Source: Vicinamibacterales bacterium (lineage in GTDB: Bacteria; Acidobacteriota; Vicinamibacteria; Vicinamibacterales; UBA2999). Taken from it: 64,000 bases of DNA. Numbering within the stretch: the first letter of the stretch is position 1; the number at the start of each line of letters is the position of its first letter. Both the position numbers and the translations under genes were made by a program. Of the stretch, positions 40,568 to 47,525 are shown in pieces. The stretch lies in assembly GCA_050250875.1 (NCBI GenBank), contig JBFWNV010000002.1, positions 334 through 64,333 of the forward strand, read 5' to 3'. Under the pieces are notes generated by a model. It was not told the origin of the DNA. It searched no databases and saw only the letters and a list, made by a program, of their open reading frames with translations.

Positions 40568-40690
40568 GGACAAGTTTCCAGCTTATGGCACAACGCGGGC
40601 CGTGGCACGACGCACCTGTGACGAACCGCCGGGTCGAGCGACATATTCGCTGGATCGAATGCGCCGCCGGCATCGTGGCATGATCCCGGC

Positions 40691-41302
40691 GTGCCTCTCG
40701 ACACCTGGCGCGCGCGCCGGCATCTAATGGCGGCCGACCCGTTGCTGGCCGACCTGATCCGGCGGGCCGGTCCGTGCCGGCTGGGCACCTCCCGACACGA
40801 GGACCCGTTCTTTCTCCTGCTGCGGGCGATCGTGTCGCAGCAGCTCTCGACCAAGGCAGCGGCGACGATCTTCGGACGCCTGTGTGCGCTGTTCCCCGCC
40901 GATCGCCCGTCGCCGTCGCGGCTGCTGGCCCTCGACGACGCCACCCCCCGCGGCGTCGGTCTCAGCACCAACAAGACGCGGTTCGTCCGCGACCTCGCCG
41001 CGCGCGTCCGCGATCGGCGCCTCGACCTCAACGCCCTCGAGCACCAGGACGACGCCACCGCCCTGAATGCGCTGACCGCGGTGCTCGGCATCGGTACGTG
41101 GACCGCCGAGATCTTCCTGATGTTCCAGCTGCATCGGCCCGATATCTTTCCGGCCGCCGACCTCGGTCTGCTGACGGCGATGCAGCGCGTCTACGGGCTG
41201 CGCACGCGGCCGACCGCGAAGCGGGCCCTGCGGCTGGCCGAACCCTGGCGCCCGCACCGGTCGGTGGCCGCGTGGTACCTGTGGCGGAGCCTGGAGATCT
41301 AG
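40691..41302 (+). CDS. DNA-3-methyladenine glycosylase II family (HhH-GPD, AlkA-like)
   Basis: Contains SQQLSTKAA, GIGTWTAEIFLMF and an Asp-containing loop FPAADLGL. Confidence 0.8.
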   Translation: MPLDTWRARRHLMAADPLLADLIRRAGPCRLGTSRHEDPFFLLLRAIVSQQLSTKAAATIFGRLCALFPADRPSPSRLLALDDATPRGVGLSTNKTRFVRDLAARVRDRRLDLNALEHQDDATALNALTAVLGIGTWTAEIFLMFQLHRPDIFPAADLGLLTAMQRVYGLRTRPTAKRALRLAEPWRPHRSVAAWYLWRSLEI

Positions 41303-41305
41303 TGC

Positions 41306-41337
41306 AGGGACCAGGGATCAGGGACCGGGGACCAGGG
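41306..41337 (+). repeat. Heptad array R8 (AGGGACC AGGGATC AGGGACC GGGGACC AGGG; G-rich on plus strand)
   Basis: The array starts 3 nt after the AlkA-like stop codon (41300-41302). Confidence 0.9.
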
Positions 41338-41448
41338 AAAGGCGTCGGCGCTGATCGCGCCGACCTCAAGTTGTTCAGACCTACAGGGGCTCCCGACACG
41401 GAGGAATCGCCCACCAGCCGTAGGCGTAAGTTCCGTCGGAGGAAGTTT

Positions 41449-41500
41449 CCTGATCCCTGATCCCTGGTCCCTGGTCCCTGGTCCCTGGTCCCTGGTCCCT
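41449..41500 (-). repeat. Heptad array R9 (2 x TGATCCC + 5 x TGGTCCC on plus strand; G-rich on minus strand)
   Basis: The array abuts the SIMPL gene stop codon (41500-41502) and is complementary to R8. Confidence 0.9.
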
Positions 41501-42206
41501 TACTTGATCGTCACCGTCAGCGTCACCGTGGCCCGAATCACCGCCTCGCCGGCGGCGATCGGCGGCGGCGGCGCAGCGGCGATGCTGTCGGCCGCCATCC
41601 GCATCATCGGCTGTTCGATCGGCCGGCTGACGACGCCGTCCTCTTCGATGCGTACGACGGCGACGACCGTGGCGCCGGCCCCGTCAGCGGCCGCCGCCGC
41701 GCGGGCGCGCGCATCGGCGACCGCCCGGGTGATCGCCTGGCGCTCGAGCTGCGTGCGATCCTTCACGTCGAACCGCACGCCCTGCACGGCGGTGCCGCCG
41801 GCGGTGACGGCGATCTCGAGCAGTTCGCCGACCCGCCCCACCTGGTCGGCCCGCACCTCGATCACGTTGCGGGCCAGAAATCCCCTCGGCACCTGCTTGC
41901 CGTTGACGTAGTCGAACTGCGGCTGCAGGTCGTAGCTGAGCGTGCGGATGGCGTCCTTGGCCAGCCCGGCGCCGGTCAGGCGCTGCTGGACGGCGGTCAT
42001 CGCCGTCGCACCCTGCGTCTGGGCATCCTTGGCGGTGCTGCCGCGGTGCTCGGTGGCCAGCGTGATGAAGGCGACGTCGGGCTGGGCACGCACCTCGCCC
42101 TCGCCGCGCACGACGACGACCGGCGGTGGCGGTCCGGCCGGGGGCTGCGCCGCCACCGGGGTGATGCCCACGCCGATCGCGAACAGCGAGCACAGGGCAC
42201 GTCGGG

Positions 42207-42210
<4 letters not shown>
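41500..42210 (-). CDS. SIMPL-domain (DUF541) periplasmic protein
   Basis: The signal peptide MTRRALCSLFAIGVGITPVAA is followed by a SIMPL-like pattern (VRGEGEV.A.PD.A, Y.V). ATGA overlap with the upstream gene. Confidence 0.7.
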
Positions 42211-43052
<842 letters not shown>

Positions 43053-43233
43053 TCAGGCCGTGGTGACTGTGGCGCCGGCACTCGACCGGCGATGCATCCC
43101 GCCTCGCATCGTTGCTCCTCCCTCGAATATTTCTCGATATCCTCGGTCGTCGCGTCTTGCGATCCGGGCGCCTCTCCGCCCTCGGTGCTGCGCCACCACA
43201 GCCACCAAGGCCTGATCAGTATACTCGGCGCCT

Positions 43234-44376
43234 ATGCGGGTCGAGCCCTTCGCGATGGAGCGCTTTCAGTCGGTCTGGGAGCACCGGGTACGCATCAACC
43301 TGTCGGAGAGCGGCGTCCATCCCCTCAGCGTGCGCGAGCTGGTCGGCGACGGCGCGGCCCTCGACGCGCTGCTCGATCAGCCGCTCGTCTACACCCAGAC
43401 CAACGGCACCGAGGCGCTCCGCTCGGCCATCGCCGCGCTCTATCCCGGCGCTGGCGTGGACCACGTCGAGGTGACCAACGGCGGAGCCGAGGCCAACTTC
43501 CTCGTCACCTGGTACCTCGTGCAGCCGGGCGACGAGGTGGTGATGCTCGTGCCCACCTACATGCAGACGCACGGGCTGGTCCGCGCCTTCGGCGGCGTCG
43601 TCCGCGAGTGGCCGCTGGTCGAGGACCGCGACGAGCGGCGGTGGCGGCTCGATCTGGACCATCTGGCCGCCCTGGTCGGCCCGCGCACGCGGGCGATCGT
43701 GCTGTGCACGCCCAACAACCCGACCGGCCGGCGGCTCACCGGCGACGAACTCGATGCCATCGCCGCGATCGCCGATCGCCACGGCTGCTGGATCGTGAGC
43801 GACGAGATCTACCGCGGCGCCGAACGCGACGGCGTCGAGTCGCCGTCGATGTGGGGGCGCGGTGAACGCGTCGTCGTCACGAGCGGTCTGTCCAAGGCCT
43901 ACGGCCTGCCCGGCCTGCGCATCGGCTGGGTGGCAACCGCGCCGGACGTGGCCGAGACCCTGTGGAGCTATCACGACTACACCACGATCGCGCCGGGCGC
44001 CCTGAGCGATCGCCTGGCGCGGACGGCGCTGGCGCCACCGACCCGGGCCCGACTGCTGGCGCGCACGCGCCAGGTGATCACCGACAACCTGCCGCGGGTC
44101 GAAGCCTGGCTCGATGCGCACGGCGATCGCTTCGCCTGGATCCCGCCCGAGGCCGGCGCCTTCGTCTACGCCCGCTACGCCGGCGCCATCAACTCGACCG
44201 CGCTGGTCACGCGCCTGCGCGACGAGGAGAGCGTCCTGGTCGTCCCCGGCGATCAGTTCGGCATGGACGGCTACCTGCGGATCGGCGTCGGTGAACACGT
44301 CGCATCGGTGATGGCCGGTCTGGAGCGGCTGCGCGCGGTGCTCGACTGCTGGCCACAGCCCGCGGCTGCACGCTGA
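43234..44376 (+). CDS. PLP-dependent aminotransferase, class I/II
   Basis: Motifs NPTGRRL, SDEIY and SGLSKAYGLPGLRIGW (PLP lysine). Confidence 0.85.
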   Translation: MRVEPFAMERFQSVWEHRVRINLSESGVHPLSVRELVGDGAALDALLDQPLVYTQTNGTEALRSAIAALYPGAGVDHVEVTNGGAEANFLVTWYLVQPGDEVVMLVPTYMQTHGLVRAFGGVVREWPLVEDRDERRWRLDLDHLAALVGPRTRAIVLCTPNNPTGRRLTGDELDAIAAIADRHGCWIVSDEIYRGAERDGVESPSMWGRGERVVVTSGLSKAYGLPGLRIGWVATAPDVAETLWSYHDYTTIAPGALSDRLARTALAPPTRARLLARTRQVITDNLPRVEAWLDAHGDRFAWIPPEAGAFVYARYAGAINSTALVTRLRDEESVLVVPGDQFGMDGYLRIGVGEHVASVMAGLERLRAVLDCWPQPAAAR

Positions 44377-45419
44377 TGCCGGCGCGGCCGTCGCTGCGGC
44401 TCGTGCTCGTCGGCACCGGCCATGTCGGGCGCCGGCTGCTGACGCTGCTCGCCCAGATCGGCGACCGGCTGCCGTTCGACTGGTCGCTGGTCGGGGTGTG
44501 CTCCCGATCGCGCGGCGGCCGGTTCGACGCCGACGGGATCGATCCGGGCCAGCTCGATGGGCCGCTCGATCCGCCGGAGCGCTGGAACGGCGACGGCAGC
44601 GGCTTTCTCTCGGCCGCCCTGCCGCGGCTGGCCGCCGAGTGCCGCGCCGGCCGCGTGGTGGTCGTCGAAACCACCGTGCTGGACGCCGCCCGCGGGGAAC
44701 CGGCGACGAGCCACGTGCGAACGGCGCTGGGCGCCGGCGCCCACGTCGTCACCGCCAACAAGGGACCGGCGGCATTCGCGTATCACGACCTGGCGGCCCG
44801 CGCCGCCGCCGCCGATCGCGCGTTCCTCTTCGAGAGCGCGGTCATGGACGGCGTGCCGGTGTTCTCGCTGGTCGCCGACGCGATGCCGGCGATGCGTGTC
44901 ACGGCGTTCCGCGGCGTCGTCAACACGACCTGCGGCTACGTCCTGGCCGCGCTCGAGCGCGGCGAACGCTTCGCCGACGCGCTCGCCGAGATGCAGCGCC
45001 AGGGCATCGCCGAGGCCGATCCGTCACTGGACGTCGACGGCTGGGATGCCGCGGCGAAGGCGGCCGTGCTGGCCAATGCGCTGCTCGACGCCCGGATCAC
45101 GCCCCACGACGTCGTCCGTCAGGGCATCCGCGGCCTCGACGTCGAGGCCCTGGCCCGGCACAGGACCCAGGGGGTGCGGCTGCGCCTGGTGGCCGAGGGA
45201 CGGCGCACGGCGGACGCCGTGACGTGCCGCGTGGCGCCGGCGTGGCTCGAGGCGGCGGATCCCCTGGCCCAGGTGTCGGGGCTCGAGAACGCGCTCTATC
45301 TGTCCACCGACCTTCTCGGCGAGATCGGCATCGTGCAGCGCGACGGCGGCCTCACCCAGACGGCGTACGGCCTGGTCGCCGATCTGGCGCGGGTCAGCCG
45401 TCGGGTGACCGCCCGGTGA
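44376..45419 (+). CDS. Homoserine dehydrogenase family oxidoreductase
   Basis: The N-terminal Rossmann motif is VLVGTGHVGRRL. Also ANKGP, ESAVMDGVPV and AEADPSLDVDGWDAA. Confidence 0.7.
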   Translation: MPARPSLRLVLVGTGHVGRRLLTLLAQIGDRLPFDWSLVGVCSRSRGGRFDADGIDPGQLDGPLDPPERWNGDGSGFLSAALPRLAAECRAGRVVVVETTVLDAARGEPATSHVRTALGAGAHVVTANKGPAAFAYHDLAARAAAADRAFLFESAVMDGVPVFSLVADAMPAMRVTAFRGVVNTTCGYVLAALERGERFADALAEMQRQGIAEADPSLDVDGWDAAAKAAVLANALLDARITPHDVVRQGIRGLDVEALARHRTQGVRLRLVAEGRRTADAVTCRVAPAWLEAADPLAQVSGLENALYLSTDLLGEIGIVQRDGGLTQTAYGLVADLARVSRRVTAR

Positions 45420-45642
45420 GCGCGGCCAGCGCCGCCGCGTCGAAGCCGACGACGGCGCGGTCGCCCGCGACGGTCACCGGCACGGTGCGATGACCCCGCG
45501 CCACGAGCTCGTCGTAGGCGGCGAGGTCCTCGTCGACGTTGCGCAGCACGAACGCCACCCCGGCCCGTGAAAGCCACGCCTTCACCCGTTCGCAGGGCTG
45601 TCAGCCTTCGCCGGCGAAGACGATGACGGGCGCCTCGGTCAT
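45394..45642 (-). CDS. Glutaredoxin/NrdH-fold protein with in-frame TGA in the redox motif (candidate selenoprotein, U-Q-P-C), 82 codons
   Basis: ORF fragments 45601..45834 (C-terminal MTEAPVIVFAGEG) and 45394..45585 are in the same frame. The joined read is VIVFAGEG-TGA-QPCERVKAWL...RTVPVTV..VVGFD. A hairpin lies at 45567-45585, 15 nt after the TGA. Confidence 0.5.
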
Positions 45643-45703
45643 GCATCCGACATTACCAGAGCGCCGGCCGGCGCGACGCGGGGTACCATGTGCGGGACAC
45701 GAC

Positions 45704-46897
45704 ATGGGACCACTGACCGGCATCACCGTTCTCGACTTCACGCGCGTGCTCTCCGGGCCGTACTGCACGATGATCCTCGGCGACCTCGGCGCGCGCGTCA
45801 TCAAGCTCGAACATCCCGGCCGCGGTGACGACACCCGGCGCTGGGGCCCGCCGTTTCTCGGTGACGAGAGCGCCTACTTCCTGAGCGTCAACCGCAACAA
45901 GGAGAGCGTGGCGGTCGACTTCAAGACGCCGGGCGGCCGCGCCCTCGTGGATCGGTTGCTGGCCCAGGCCGACGTGCTGGTCGAGAACTTCCGTCCCGGC
46001 ACGCTCGACGGCGCCGGGTTCGATGCGGCCACTGTGCGGGCGGCGCATCCGCGGTTGATCTACTGCTCCATCTCCGGCTACGGCCAGACCGGGCCCCGCC
46101 GCGACGAACCCGGCTACGACGCGGTGATGCAGGCCGAGGGCGGGCTGATGAGCATCACCGGAGCGGCCGACGGGCCGCCGTATCGCCTCGGCGTCGCCAT
46201 CGTGGACATCGTCTCGGGCATGTTCGCCGCGCAGGGCGTGCTCGCGGCGCTCGTCGCCCGCGAGCGCACCGGGCAGGGCCAGGTGGTCGATCTCGGCATG
46301 CTCGACGCCACCACCGCGCTGCTCACCTATCAGGCCGGCAACTTCTTCGCGACCGGCGCGGCGCCGGGCCGGCTCGGCAACCGTCATCCGACCATCGCGC
46401 CCTACGAGACCTTCGCCACCGCCGACGGCGACCTGGCCCTGGCCGTCGGCAACGACGCGCTGTGGCAGAAGTTCTGCGCGGCCGCGGAGCTGCCCGACCT
46501 GGCCGCCGATCCGCGATTCGCGTCGAACGCCGGACGGCTCGAGCACTACCCGGCGCTCAAGCCGCGGCTCGACGCGGCGTTCGCCTCACGGACGCGCGCC
46601 GACTGGACGGCGCGGCTGCTGGCCGCGGGCGTGCCGTGCGGGGCGGTGCGGACGGTGGAGGAGGTCTTCGCCGATCCGCAGACGGCGGCGCGCGAGATGG
46701 TGCGGAAGGTGCCGCACGCGACGCTGGGCGAGGTCTCGGTCACCGGCGTGCCGGTCAAGCTGTCGGACACCCCCGGCAGCGTGCGCCTCGGTCCGCCGGT
46801 GCTGGGGCAACATACCGCGGCGGTGCTGCGCGAGCTCGGCTACGATCAGGCGGCCATCGCATCACTGGCGTCGTCGGGCGCCGTCCGGGTGGCGTGA
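45704..46897 (+). CDS. CoA transferase, family III (CaiB/BaiF)
   Basis: Motifs ITVLDFTRVLSGPYCTMILGDLGARVIKLE, ENFRPG and GYD..MQA.GG. Confidence 0.85.
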   Translation: MGPLTGITVLDFTRVLSGPYCTMILGDLGARVIKLEHPGRGDDTRRWGPPFLGDESAYFLSVNRNKESVAVDFKTPGGRALVDRLLAQADVLVENFRPGTLDGAGFDAATVRAAHPRLIYCSISGYGQTGPRRDEPGYDAVMQAEGGLMSITGAADGPPYRLGVAIVDIVSGMFAAQGVLAALVARERTGQGQVVDLGMLDATTALLTYQAGNFFATGAAPGRLGNRHPTIAPYETFATADGDLALAVGNDALWQKFCAAAELPDLAADPRFASNAGRLEHYPALKPRLDAAFASRTRADWTARLLAAGVPCGAVRTVEEVFADPQTAAREMVRKVPHATLGEVSVTGVPVKLSDTPGSVRLGPPVLGQHTAAVLRELGYDQAAIASLASSGAVRVA

Positions 46898-46898
46898 G

Positions 46899-47327
46899 AT
46901 GGACATCGCCCTGCTCCGCAAGTCGCTGGTCAAGGCCATCGAGAGCGCCCGGCGCGACGCCGCCGAGCGGCGCACGCGCGCCGACGAGGCCGGCCGCCAC
47001 TACACGCAGTTCCTCGAGCAGACGGCGACGCCGGTGTTCCGGGCGATGGCCAACGCCCTGCGCGGCGAGGGTCTGCTCTTCGACGTGATGACGCCGTCGG
47101 GCGGCGTCCGCCTGGTGCCCGAGCGGTCGCGGGAGGACGGCATCGAGCTGGTGCTCGACACCAGCGTGGATCCGCCGCAGCCGCTGGTGCGCGTGGTGCG
47201 CTCGCGCGGCAGCCGGGTGACGCAGCACGAGCGGCCGGTGGCCGGCCCGGTCCGCACCGACGCGCTCACCGAGGATCACGTGGCGGCGATGCTGCTCGAA
47301 GAGCTGCGGCCGTGGTTGGAGAGATAG
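46899..47327 (+). CDS. Hypothetical protein
   Basis: 142-aa ORF starting 1 nt after the upstream stop codon. No family was recognised. Confidence 0.5.
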   Translation: MDIALLRKSLVKAIESARRDAAERRTRADEAGRHYTQFLEQTATPVFRAMANALRGEGLLFDVMTPSGGVRLVPERSREDGIELVLDTSVDPPQPLVRVVRSRGSRVTQHERPVAGPVRTDALTEDHVAAMLLEELRPWLER

Positions 47328-47390
47328 GCTCGGGGCTCGGGGCTCGGGGCTCGGGGCTCGGGGCTCGGGGCTCGGGGCTCGGGGCTCGGG
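47327..47390 (+). repeat. Heptad array R10 (about 9 x GGGGCTC, G-rich on plus strand)
   Basis: A perfect tandem array beginning at the last base of the stop codon 47325-47327. Confidence 0.95.
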
Positions 47391-47457
47391 AAGAACCTAA
47401 ACGGAACCATCACCCATTCTTCCGGCAGCGTGACGTCTCGACAACTTGAGTGTTCGA

Positions 47458-47484
47458 ACCCGAGCCCCGAAACCCGAGCCCCGG
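47458..47484 (-). repeat. Heptad array R11 (ACCCGAG CCCCGAA ACCCGAG CCCCGG on plus strand; G-rich on minus strand)
   Basis: On the minus strand the array begins 19 nt after the PilT-like stop codon (47504-47506). It is complementary to R10. Confidence 0.85.
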
Positions 47485-47486
47485 CT

Positions 47487-47525
47487 GTTCGTCGAGCGGC
47501 GAGCTACGCGAGCCGCTCGACGAAC
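47487..47525 (-). terminator. Perfect 14-bp hairpin with the PilT-like gene's stop codon in its loop
   Basis: GTTCGTCGAGCGGC (47487-47500) pairs with GCCGCTCGACGAAC (47512-47525). The 11-nt loop contains the stop codon. Confidence 0.5.
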
